Shown here: piece after piece, positions 10,902 through 22,856 of the stretch
Layout of the letters: each line of letters opens with the position of its first letter
Position numbering within the stretch: position 1 is the first letter of the stretch
Origin: Takakia lepidozioides
Lineage: Eukaryota; Plantae; Bryophyta
Length of the DNA: 64,000 nt
NCBI GenBank assembly: GCA_030704615.1
Contig: CM060731.1
Span: 7,626,001-7,690,000 of the forward strand
Reading direction: 5' to 3'
Made by a program: the position numbers and the translations under genes
Notes under the pieces: generated by a model
What the model was told of the DNA's origin: nothing
The model's database searches: none
What the model saw: only the letters and a program-made list of their open reading frames with translations

Positions 10902-13900
10902 TCACTGGTCCCCTGGATCCATATTCAGAAGAGTGTGAACCTCCTGGGGGCTCAACCCTGGTGCATGTATGAAGTGATGAGTTGTGGAATTACAACGGAG
11001 TCTCTTTAGGTACACGTAGTACAAATGCTTGCAAGGGCAGTATGATGCCCCCTTGTTCGCCATGATCTGGAAGTCGGTGCAATTGCAGGTGGGTAATTCT
11101 GAAATGGTGATGGTGTACACCTCATTGCGAACAGCTGAGCCCGCCGTGGCCATCTGATACACACGCCCGAATCCTGGTGGGGGCACTTCTGTCGAGCTCT
11201 GGATTGTACAGTTCATCCGAAGTGCATTCCCCATCCTTGTCTCGTTCACTTTTGAGGGAGGTCGCCGCCTCTTCGGTTTCCCCCAACGGTGTGTAGGATG
11301 CTTAGAGCTGTCGTGTCCCATTGTTCTTGCTCTCACAGGGGTCGGTGGTGGAGGCTGTGGAAGCGGAAATGGTTGTCTGGGGACGTCAGTGCGCTGCACC
11401 ATCCGAAATCCTGCGGCGGTAAGGGCGTCGGCCTCAACCTGACTCAGATCGCAGCCTGGTTCCACCGGCCACACCGGGGGAGCCTCTGGCATTGTTTGTA
11501 TGCCGTACTTGGGCTTTCCATACACGCAAGTCATAATGTCGTGCCTGCAGAACCAGAACTGGGTGGTTGTCGCCTCCGCAAACTTTGCATGGACAAATCT
11601 TCCTGTAAAAGTAGGAGCAGGGACAGCCCCATCTGGATTCCTCCTTATCATCTCTAAACAACGTTGCCGTGTATCCACACGAATTGCGGAACACCTTCCT
11701 CGAAACGACGGCTTTGTGCGAGCAATTCTCCACTGTGATGCAGACACAGTCGTCTCCACAATGGCTTGGCCATACTGCATAACAGGGCGGAATCTGGGGC
11801 AAGGGAGCGGTGGGAATTTTTGCACGAAATCCCCGGTTGAAGGCGACGGCGATCTGGAATTTCTTGGGCTTCCACTGCTGGAAGACACATTGTGCGGCAA
11901 CATGACGGGACCTCGAGGTGCTGTCCGAATGTTCCTGTCGGATCTCCAGGAATCCTCTTCGCACCCGGGTTCCTCTTCAATCCTCCGCCTGACAGGGCGA
12001 GTCCGGACGTCCCCCTCTAGGTGTTCACCTCTGCGGTGCAGAGGCGTCCCTTTGATCTTCTCTCGCAATGTCGCCCATTTCACTGGATTCTTGGACCTCG
12101 AAGCTGTTCGTACCAACAATTCCTCCCTGTCCGGCCCAAAGCCCCATTGTTTGCCGCTCAGGAACTTGTAGTACGTGGCTTGCTGCATGATTGCTCTGTC
12201 GATGTCCTCCGTTGTGGCCGTCACTACGTCCACCAGATGTGCGGCAGAAGACGCTCGCCAGGAGGAGTGGACCGATTCTGCCATATTCGTGTTCGGCATG
12301 TCCGTGTCGGAATCCAAGCACCGCTCCTAGAAGGACACAAACAATGGTGAGGGACCAATCGAAATGTCCGTAACAGAAAGACAAATGAACGAAATGACAG
12401 CAGCCTACCTCCCGCATGTACTGTCCGAACTGTCGATACCGAAAATGCCACCACCCCAACCAGCTGTGCAATGCTCCCAGATTGGTTGTCTCCACTGCAC
12501 CTGACGTGTTCCACCAAGCCTCGATGATAGCAAACTTAACCTCCGCGTCATCAAATGTGGGTGCATCCTTCCACGCCGTACAAAGGACACGGTGTTCAGC
12601 CTGGAATGAGCTAGCAACAAATTTGGTAGTGTAGTGGGATAGACTCTGCATCCAATGGAATCCACAGGATCTCTCTTTCCCCTCCATTGGAACATTGGGG
12701 TCCTCACCGTACACACGCCGCACCGCTGCCCAGTTGGCCTGAGCGTTGTCTGCCATGAATCCCCTGAAATTGGGCTCTGGCAATCCCGCCCTTGCCATCT
12801 GCTCGTTTATGCCCTCCCACAGATGCATCTCGGACTGTGTGTCCTCCCCTTTCATCTCGCAGATTGCAATCGTCATGAGCCTCTTGGAGTGATAGTCATA
12901 AACATGCGCACCATAGTCACCCACTGATGGTTTGTAATTCGCTTGATGTGATCAAACATCACCCAAGCATTCGACAAGTTTCCAGTTGTCATGCGAGTGA
13001 CCAAGTCGACTCCACTCCCAGGCCCACACGTCGACATTTTGAAAATGTAACAACGATCGGATTCGCTGCCTTGCCCTGGAAACCTGCTACCTTGGATGTA
13101 GTCATATCCAGTCATTCGTTTCACCTCCAGGATTGAGTACATGTCCGACCCCCTGCCGAACTCCTGCTTGCAAGATACGATGTGATTCCGCACATTCGGA
13201 CTACAAACGTGCGAGACGGACTCCAAGAGGTCACGCATCTCGTCTTCGGTCAAGGGCTCTCGGTCGGAACCATCTTCAGACATGATTTTGCCAAGAGCAA
13301 TCTTGTGGGCTGCCTTCAGCTGAATCTGCTTTGGTCTGGCTCCGGGGCTCAATTTCACCTCCTCTTTTATGATGTCGTGTGCTTCCTGCACAGCCTCACG
13401 CATGTTGCCTCTCGCCAAGGGGTGGCAGTGGACCCCAACGTGTATGCAAGCTCTAGTCAAGTCCGGGAGCAAATGGATTACGTAATATTGCTTGGCTCTG
13501 CACATGGACATGCACGTCGGTGGTTCTTTGCAATGTGCACACTTGAAAGAACCCGCAGGAGCTTGGCTGGAGACAATGAATGGATGATGCGTTGTGCCAG
13601 TCCAATCCGTCTCGTTTCTCCGCCCTCCTTTGGAGAGAAAGTGGAAGCAGGTGGGATTGAGGCACCTCAGCTTCCCCGCACAGAGGACATATCGTACACG
13701 AACACCATCAGCAATTTTCGTGCTACTGGTCTTCGTCACACACCAGGGGTGTCCGTCATGCTTTCGATCCATGTCTGTTAACATCCCGGAGGCTTTGTTT
13801 GACGAAGAAACAGGTGGAAACTCGAAGATGACATTGCCATCGACTTCGGGAGGAGGCAGAAACGTTACCTTTCTGACTGGGAATTTGGCATAGTCGAGAG

Positions 13901-14504
13901 CAGCCAGCTCGGAGCGAGAACCATCGAGGTGATGTTGTCGTAGGAGCTGCACAATGGACCGGGTTGGAGTTATGCTCGAGGGCACATGCGTAGCACCTAC
14001 AGAGACGTCCATGCCGGATTTGAACGACCGTGTGGAGGACATGGGTACCTCAATGCAATCATCTTCCTCGTCGGAAATGTCGAATACGTCCACACGAGAA
14101 GCTATGGAGGGTCTTGACGGTCCAGGTCGGGAATGATTATCGTTGCATACCTCTCTGTTGGCAGTGGCCGCCTCTCGGTTTCCGGACTCCTTTGTGGATG
14201 GTGTGGGCAGCGACTGATTCGGAAAGGGAATGGGCATTCCCACAGCTCGGTACAGGATGGTGTCTGATGGGGGAACGTGCCATTCGATTCCGCAACCTCC
14301 GTCGTTACCTAGCACGACAATGGTCTCGTCAACCTGTCCAGGAACATCCTTCCTTTCTTCTTCCAAATAAACTGTGCCCGGTTTGAGCTTGAATTTGGAA
14401 CAAAGGTAAGTTTCAGTCACTCTGCAAAGTCCTCCCTCGTTTGGGATCCAGGCTCTCCCAAGTTGCGGAGGACAGCAAACTATAGCGTAGGAATTCGGAG
14501 CCAT
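10902..14504 (-). CDS. MULE-family transposase of ~1170 aa: GCM/WRKY-like Zn DNA-binding domain, DDE core, C-terminal SWIM; one frameshift near 12910 and an 82-bp intron at 12327-12408
   Basis: GCM-like WCVTKT..CAGKLRC..C..CAHC..CRA..GVHCHP; D1 WVMFDH; D2 FMADNAQA; CxxH CGFHW; E in TNMAESVHSSW; SWIM CNCTDF..CKH; GT(12408)..AG(12327) splicing restores the frame. Confidence 0.85.
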
Positions 14505-14913
14505 CGAACACCGCACGGAGTTGGCAAGTGCGAGGTTCAGTATAGCGACAGGGGCCACAGGCACCTGCGGAGTCCATCGACGATTGGAAGTCGCACATTG
14601 AAGTGGAAAGTATTGTTTCAAGCTACATGCATGAAGGTGGGAGGTTTGATTCCATAGCCAGTAAGTATGACAATGATGGCCGATTCGGCGACGAAATAAA
14701 CATCTCCTGACAGTTTCTCCTGAGGGTGGATCCAGCAGTATTCTCGGTGCAGACAGGAACGTTCGCACTGACAAGTGCCAGGACTGTTAGTTAAAACGGT
14801 CAGACAACCAAGTTGTGCTCATCAAGACTGGCCGCAATTGTGTTGTTTCGGAACAATGCAACCCATTCAGGTTCCAGATTTCCCGTCCCGAGTGATTCTT
14901 TCGATTGCTGGTG

Positions 14914-16510
14914 GACGGAAATACGGCGCCGCATTTCCGTATTGCATCTTGGTCATGCACCAGAGCGACGGAAATGCGGCACCGAGTTTCCGTCCGGGGG
15001 AAACCTTTATACTCTCCAGAACGGAAATGCGGTAACGCATTTCCATCCAGCAAGCACGGTATGTGAAGGTGGAACGGAAATGCGGTACCGCATTTCCGTT
15101 CTGATTGAGAATTATGAACAACGGGAACAGAAATGCGGCACCGCATTTCCGTCCGAGTCGCACTTTTCCGACATTCCAGAACGGAAATGCGGCGCCGCAT
15201 TTCCATTTTGTATCTGATGCATGGAGCTGAGGGATAGAAATGCTGCAGCACATTTCCGTCCTTAAAAGACATTCATACTCTCCAACGGAAATGCGGTACC
15301 GCATTTCCATCAACAAGCACGGTATGTGAAGGTGGAACGGAAATGCGGTACCGCATTTCCGTTCTGATTGAGAATTATGAACAACGGGAACAGAAATGCG
15401 GCACCGCATTTCCGTCCGAGTCGCACTTTCCGACATTCCAGAACGGAAATGCGGCGCCGCATTTCCATTTTGTATCTGATGCATGGAGCCCGATTCCGAG
15501 CAGCGCAATTCCGACCGCTTGAGACATTCATACTATCCAGAACGGAAATGCGGTACCGCATTTCCGTTCTGACTGAAAATCGTGAACCATCGGAACTGAA
15601 ATGCGGCAGCGCATTTCCATCCGAGTCGCACCTCCCAACATTCCAGAACGGAAATGCGGCACCGCATTTCCGTTCTGATGAAATATCCTGAAACATCGGA
15701 ACTGAAATGCGGTACCGCATTTCCGTCGGAGTCGCACCTTCCGACATTCCAAAACGGAAATGCGGCGCCGCATTTCCGTTTTGTATGTGAGGCATGGAGC
15801 TGTGGAACGAAAATGCGGCACGCATTTCCGCCAGCGTCAGACGTTAATACTCTACAGAACGGAAATGCGGTACCGCATTTCCGTTCTGACTGAAAATCGT
15901 GCGCAACGGGAACAGAAATGCGGCACCGCATTTCCGTCCGAGTCGCACCTTCCGACATTCTAGAACGGAAATGCGGCGCCGCATTTCCGTTTTTATATGG
16001 CCTGGAGCTGGCTACGGAAATGTGTGCCGCATTTCCATCATGTGAGACCTTCAAACTTTCCAGACCGGAAATGCGGCACCGCATTTCTGTCCAGGTGAGA
16101 CCTCTATACTTTCCCGAACGGAAATGTGGCACGGCATTTTTCATCAACTAACGTATGTGAAGGGGAACGGAAATGCGGTACCGCATTTCCGTTCACATTG
16201 AAAATCATGAACCACGGGAACTGAAATGTTGTGCCTCATTCCGTCCGAATCGCACCTTTCGACATTCCAGAACGGAAATGCGGCGCCGCATTTCCCTTTT
16301 GAATCTCATACATGGAGCTGTGGGACGGAAATGCGGCACCGTATTTCCGTTCAACAACTAAGGTATGTGAAGGTGGAACGGAAATGCGGTGCCGCATTTT
16401 CTTCCAACAAGTACGGATGTGTAGCTTCGTGATGGTACTTAACGGAAATGCGGCGCCGCATTCGCATTTTCACTCCAACTCATCAGACGCTGGGACGGAA
16501 ATGCCTTGAA
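14914..16510. repeat. Array of ~30 palindromes (AAC)GGAAATGCGGYRCCGCATTTCC(GTT) with ~53-bp period and a 5-unit (~264 bp) higher-order repeat, lying between the divergent transposase and ParB-MTase genes
   Basis: Unit starts at ~14914, 14967, 15020, 15073, 15126, 15180, 15234, 15284, 15336, 15389 and onward; five recurring spacer types. Confidence 0.95.
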
Positions 16511-16899
16511 ATGTGAACACGTGGAGCAACGGAATTGCTGCACATGTCGGCACTCTATCTGACTGAAGGGCATGAGCGGCGCGGCCTGACCGTTGGATAA
16601 TGATGTTTGTTTTTCGGACGGCAGGCGTACCCTGAACGATTCGAATTTCGTAATGACGCAAACTCCACGAGGAGACACTTTCGTCCAACCCTTTCGAACC
16701 CAAGTGGTGCATCACCGCCGTTTCATCTACTTTTGTCGTGTCTCCTCAGTCACCCCTCTCGCGCCCTTTCCATCTGCACTCTTTGCCCCTTTTCCCTCTC
16801 TCTGTTCTTCTTATGCTCGAACCTGAGAGGGGGGGAGTTCGTGCACCAGACAGGAGACCTCGTCGCAAGCTCCGGAAATTATACTTCGGACGTAGGCCA

Positions 16900-19800
16900 A
16901 TGCCGAAGGGGAGGAAGCAGATGCGTCTACAGGAGGAGATTGCCATCTCCGAGCAGCAGGCCACTCAGGCAACCCAGCCACCAGTGAGAGCTCCATGCGA
17001 TCGGGCTGCGCGCAGCTGATCGAGCACCGAACCCCCCATTTTGCTTCTGTAATTCTTAGACTGAATGCTAGGAGACTTGAATGCAGAACATGTTTGCATG
17101 CCTAACAGGAAAGGTGGACGTGCTGGAGGGATCGCAGGAATCCGAAGAGCCGCAGGAAGAGTCCGAGGAGCTAGCTGCAGCACGTACACCCACCCGATCC
17201 CGAGCGCGGGTATTCCTGCCGGGCCTAGCCTGTGCGATTCAAAGACGCGTCTTCGAAGGGCAAGTTCAAAGCCCCAGAGATCGACTCGCGTTCTTCGGTC
17301 ATGGAGAATCGCCAGCAGGGGTCGGGCCCTTCTCCAGCAAAGTCGAAGAAGAAGCAGCCCGTCCCTCTACTGGCTTCTGAACCGGCTCAGGCCGATTCAC
17401 CCCCCCCCAACGCGAATGAAGCAGCAGGGTAGAAGACAGATTCAATTGCAGCAGACACCTTCACCTGCAAGGATGAGGAAGCAGAAGGCAATCAGGGCGA
17501 CGGCCGAACAATCTCCCGCAAAACCGCTTCCACGAGCTGAAGCTCAGTTCCTGGAGGATTTCCCGCCTGCAGATGTTGGGGCCGACTCTGCTGCAGCGAA
17601 GGCAATGGGATCGACCGTTGATCTCGATTTGGTACCGGAGGAGGGTGCTGCCGCTCAACGTTCGCAGCAAGACCTCACCACCGATGAGCAAGCAGGCCCG
17701 GAGGAGGCCTCTGCAATGGCAGAATTGCCCGCAGACAGGCCCCAGAGTGCAGCTCCAGTTGAGGATGCTCCAGCTGCTCAGCCACTACCGGCACCTACAG
17801 ACATGTCTCCGGAGGATTTCAAAAGTGCAGCGGATAAAATGTTGGAGGAGACACACAGTAGCATTGGCAGAGTTCTGGGCAGCAGGGTATTCCAGCGGAC
17901 TCTTCGAATCCCACTCTGTCGCATGGTCTCCCTTCCCATCGTCAGGCAGGCCCTTCCCGGAGATGTGGATAAGCTCAAGTTCGCATTTCGAGAAGGGTAC
18001 CGTCTGGGATCGGCAGCGTTTTACGTTTCCATTGAGAATGAGGACGGCGAAACTCGTGGACCCACTGCCGATGAATTGTCAACGTGGGATACCCACTGGC
18101 ACACTCGCAACGACGAATTCGAGGCGACGCTGAAGGGTGATCCAGACTTCGGCCATATGTCGGGTAAAATGTTCTTTGTGTGGGACGGGAATCACCGACT
18201 TCTCGCCTGGTGGGAGTACATCAAGCAGAACCATGCCAAGCACATTGGCTGGCATTACATGGTGGAGTGTGTCATCCTCAAGGTGAAGGCGGCAGACTCC
18301 TCCCTGCTCAAGAATGCCATGGCGGACCTCAACTCGTAAGATACTCATACCCTCCCTAGCACGTTCGAAATGCGGTGCCGCATTTCGGTTTCCATTCTGG
18401 TTTGTTTCCGTGCTTCCGTGTACTGAACTGGAGAGTGTGCCTTGCAGGGTCACTGAGAATGCGTACGTGCATACCCACATGGCACATATGCTGTACAGGG
18501 TGAGGAAAACTGGTCTCACTGATCCGCAGATGTTTGCGGAAATGCTGGAGCCCGAGCTCATTCAGAAAGCCGTTGCAAAAAACAGACCGGACATGGTATC
18601 GTCTCACTATGGATGGAATGGTGGAGGTGATATACGAAGTAAGTCGTCCTCCAATTTCCCTCTGCTCATCCTTCCCCAATTTCAGTAATGTTTCCACATG
18701 AATCGAATGTAACGCTTCTGCATGTTTTGTTGGCAGTCAAACATCAAGCTGGATTTGGCCCATGCCAAACGCTTCTTCATGGAAAGTGAGGGGCAGGTCA
18801 AAACGTTGCAGTCATTGACTGAGCACTTGAAGGAAGCCGGTGTCAAGTCCAGAACCAAATACAAGTCAAAGCTTGTGAAGCTGGTGGCAATTGCAGATCC
18901 GGCACTTGGAAAGGACTTCATCCCCGAGATTGCAAAACACTATTCTCGGGCCATGCAGCCGACCATGCAATTGGAGAAACTGCATCACCTCTCAACGGCA
19001 TGTGTGGAGGCGAAAGAGAAGGTGAGGTTTCAATGCACTGAAGTTCCTTCCTAGCAATAGCCACTCTCTTCCAGCTCCTGACATTGGATCGGAAATGGCA
19101 GACACGGTGGCTGTCGATCTGGAATGCATCCGAGAGCATAAGGACAATGTGGTCTTTTCCACTCGAAGTTTCCGACCCTGCAGTGGATGTGTGGCTCAAC
19201 CGCATGACTTGGTGGTTCCAGGTAATTCAAGGTACTTCCCCAGATTTGCTTTTCTGAAATGAATTCCCTGAACTGCTACGTGACAATGCATTTGGGAATC
19301 GCAGGTAATGTCGAATGCGAAGGAGCAAGTCGTAATGCACACAAATTCGTTCGGCTTGTACGTCAAATGGGATGGAACACAGACATTGGAAGACTACGTG
19401 ACACGTTTCAGATGTGCGTACAAGGACAACCTTTTCGCCAGAGAGCTACAGACAGCAAGAAGGAGCGTGGAGTTTACACATCAGGAGGAGCGGGGAAAGC
19501 TGCAATGCGAATTGTTTACAGGTGAAGCACAGCTGCCCTTGTATGCGAAGCCTGGTTACGAGGTTTGTCTCGGAAATGCGGCACCGCATTCGCATTTTAT
19601 GTTTTCGGTGGCACTCTGCGAGTAGGTTGGTCTCAACTTTTGCTCACGCATGCTGACTGCCTTGCAGGTATATGAAATACGTGCTCCTTCAGACAGGGGC
19701 CCTGGCTCAAGAGCCCCCGTTCTTCATGGCTTGGACCGTGGCGGGCCCAAGCTGTGTCTACACACCCGAGATGCAGAAAACAATGGCATCCCGCGCATCT

Positions 19801-21936
19801 CGTTGGATGCCCGTGGTACCTGGACATGTCTGGCGGTATTGTTGACGAGTCTGAGAAAGATCTGCACGCCTTGGCAGAAGAGAAGAGAAAGGAAAGACGT
19901 GTCCCTGCTGGGCCAAAGTCGGCAAAGGAATCTGCTGCTCTGGAAGAATCCAGAAAGGCAGCTGAGATGGCACAAAAGACGGTGGATGCAGCTGTGCAGG
20001 CCCAACAGAAGGGGTCGAAGAAGAGGACTCGCCAGCAAGGAGCAGCTGTTGTGACACCCGCCAAAACGAAGAAGCAGAAACAGCCTGTTCAGGAAGAGGG
20101 TGAGGAAGAGGACTCCGATGGAGACTTTGCAACCAGCCCACCCCCCCAAACGCGCTGCCTCCCCTGTGCCCACCGTTGTCACGAGAGGCACGAGAACTGG
20201 CTCGGCAAAGAAGGCACTCTTCAACCCCCCAGGGGGGCACCCTTTCGAGCCGGTGGAAATGAAGAGGCCGAAAGTGGCTCCCGAAACAGTAGTCCAGTGT
20301 GTAAATGAGAGTTTCTTGGCGGCTTTGGATGGACGGGCAGCCAAGTTGGCATACATGAAGACCATGGAGGGTCTGAAGGGCAGAGCACTGAAGAAGGCGA
20401 CTGCCGAAGAGCCTTCCGACACCCCAGGATTTCAGAATATGGTCTCGTTCTTTGAGAGGGTGTGTGCAGACAAGGATTGTAGGAGGGGCGGAAATGCCAC
20501 CGAGTGGTCTTGCGATATGATCATCTTGGATATTCCGGACGGAGAGCCTGTGGAAGGACTGCAAGCTTTGCCATCTTGGAACAGGTACTCGGAGGACTTT
20601 TGGAAGAAAGGATTCGGGCTTGCCCGCATGGTGTTGGACGACAGAGGCTGTGTGGTTGTCCTGGCGAGCAGAGGAAAAAACACTCAGACAGGAATTGCGA
20701 AGTGGACCCGCAAGAGCGCCGTCCCGATTCTGAAAAAGAAGTGGACGTGCATCAACACACTGGGCCTTCGGTCGGAAGGGAAGAAGGTGATTACGACACT
20801 GGCACTCGTCCATTCATTTGCTTGGGTGTTTTCAAATGCGTGCCGCATTCGGTTTCTAATCGTTCCCCCCTGTGTATGCAGACGAAGCAGTTCGATGCAT
20901 ACTGCTTTGTGAAGGAGAACTCCACCTTTGCTTTCCGGAAGGAGGGAGGAAAGGTTGACCCGAACTGCGACCCCTCGATTACGACGTTCTGTTCAACAAC
21001 GTTCCCAAGGAACTTCTCCCTCATAGCCTCACTTCAACGGAACCCCTGCGGTACTCACGGACTCGGAGCCCTGCCTTCATTCAGACAATTATGGAGACAT
21101 GCACAGACGTGGAGGGCACAGTGCTCGACCTCATCTGTGGGACAGGTATGCAGAATCTTGATCTATGCTGTTCTGCAAATTCTCGTTAGGATGTAGTTCG
21201 CAACATCTGAAGCGCCATGTGGTAATGTGTGGATGGCATTGTAACAGGTGCCTCAATGTGGGCTGGGCGGTTTTTTTCCGACCGGCACCTCTTTGCCTAC
21301 GAGGAGGATTCATCCGTGTGGGGATCCCATCTGGAAGGGCTGCTGAAGGCTCCCAACAGAGCGGAAGTCTCCTCGGATTCGTCGGAGTCCGAGGAAGACA
21401 CAGTGGACATTGATGCGGAGGAGAACCCGGAATACGAGTGAGTGCAAACATTGTAAGTTTGCAAAGCCTTCTGGGTCATTTTTGTCAAACGAATTTCCCG
21501 ACTGTGGTTCTCATTAGTCTCGTTGATGATTGTCATGTGCAGGATTGCAGGGTCCGGGTCGAAACATGTAGGGCCTACACTTCCTGCCAGGAAGAATGTC
21601 CCGTTCTTTGCGAGGGCCGACTTCATGACGAGCCCGGTGAGGGACTACTCCCTTCCTAGTTATGCAGCTAAACTCGCAAATACAGCGATTAGAAGAAGTG
21701 AGAATCCCAGTAAAGTAGAGCAGATTTTGGAGAGGGCTAGGGAGGACAGAAGGATAAGGAAAGAGTTGGCAGCAGCTCAGACAGGTAGACGGGTACGAAA
21801 GTACATATGTGATTCAGCGGATGAGAGCGACGCAGACAGGGAGGAAGACGACCCAACGGAGGTGAGATGGACAGTTCCGCAAGGGGAAGATGGGATTTTC
21901 GAAAGCCTGGCCAAACGAGCAGTCCGCTGGAGATGA
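16900..21936 (+). CDS. Multi-exon (~10 exons, >1300 aa) protein: disordered N-terminus, ParB/Srx-like domain, and C-terminal beta-class N6A/N4C DNA methyltransferase-like domain
   Basis: ParB-like IPLCRM..VRQALPGDVDKLKFAF..FFVWDGNHRLLAW (DGNHR at 18184); MTase motif IV CDMIILDIPDG (20529), ARMVLDDRGCVVVL, TRSPAFIQTIMETCTDVEGTVLDLICGTG/ASMWAGRFFSDRHLFAYEED (21121-21310); GT-AG introns at ~16984-17108, 18336-18447, 18639-18736, 19022-19054, 19222-19304, 19563-19667, 20787-20881, 21146-21248, 21438-21542; a few 1-bp frameshifts. Confidence 0.75.
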
Positions 21937-22147
21937 GAAAGGCACTGAGGGGGTGGAGGCGGAGCAGGACAGTCTAGAACAGGATGAGGATTCGGATGAT
22001 TTTCAAGATTAATAGAATTTTAATGAAGTCTCTGTAAATGTAAATTCTCTTCCAGAGTATATAAAGGAAATTCTGCCGACATTCGTGACCCCTCTCCAGT
22101 GTGCATTCCAGCCACACAATCGCCCAAACCACGACGCTCCCAAAATC

Positions 22148-22856
22148 AGAAATGGGGCACCGCATTTCCAAAATTTTGGCAACTCTAAGAACCTCTTTTG
22201 GAAATGCGGCACCGCATTTCCAAAACAGGGGAGGGACTAAATTTTCCATTTCAATGTTGGCATAGTAAAAAGTAATCGGCCGATTGGAAATGCGGTGCCG
22301 CATTTCCAAAATTTCCTTTGTCCACACGCCAGTTTTGGCCTCTCCCGCTCATTGCATGGATGCCACCACGCTTACAGAGGTCGAACAAGGAGGTCGAGAG
22401 AATGGAATTGAAATGCGGTGCCGCATTTCCATATTGGGGATGGTCGTTGTTCGAACTGCAGGCCCATCAGCAAAAATTGGCACCGCATTCCATTGTAAAA
22501 AAAAGTCGATGACGGACATGGAAATGCGGCGCCGCATTTCCAGAACGGACATCGCAATTTGTCCATTTGCAGACCCTCTCACGGAAATGCGGTAACGCAT
22601 TCCATCGCGCTGGTCGGAAATGTCACACTTTTCGAAGTGTTGGACGGAAATGCGGCACCGCATTCCCTTGTCCAAAAAGAAGTTTCCATTGCCAAGCTGG
22701 AAATGCGTCGCCGCATTTGCAATGCCAACCTCGTTGTCTGTCCAATTTATAGACCCGTGTTGGTTTCGTGTACCTGGACGGAAATGATGCACCGCATTTC
22801 ATTGTCCACCGGACATGGCGCATTCCCGACATGGAAATGCGGTGCCGCATTTCAAT
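22148..22856. repeat. Second, irregularly spaced cluster (~11 copies) of the GGAAATGCGGYRCCGCATTTCC palindrome
   Basis: Copies at ~22150, 22200, 22286, 22410, 22476, 22520, 22582, 22646, 22699, 22780, 22833. Confidence 0.9.

Noticed and set aside
14775-16509. Many overlapping ORFs (EMRxRISV / GNAAPHF / KCGAAFP repeats)
   Set aside because: They are translations of the stop-free palindrome in all six frames, not genes. The same applies to 21974-22894.
14914-16510. CRISPR array
   Set aside because: Spacers recur in five classes as a higher-order repeat, there are no cas genes, and the context is eukaryotic with introns.
19724-20813. Long minus-strand ORFs (351 and 232 aa)
   Set aside because: Antisense shadows of the GC-rich plus-strand ParB-MTase exon, with no recognisable motifs.
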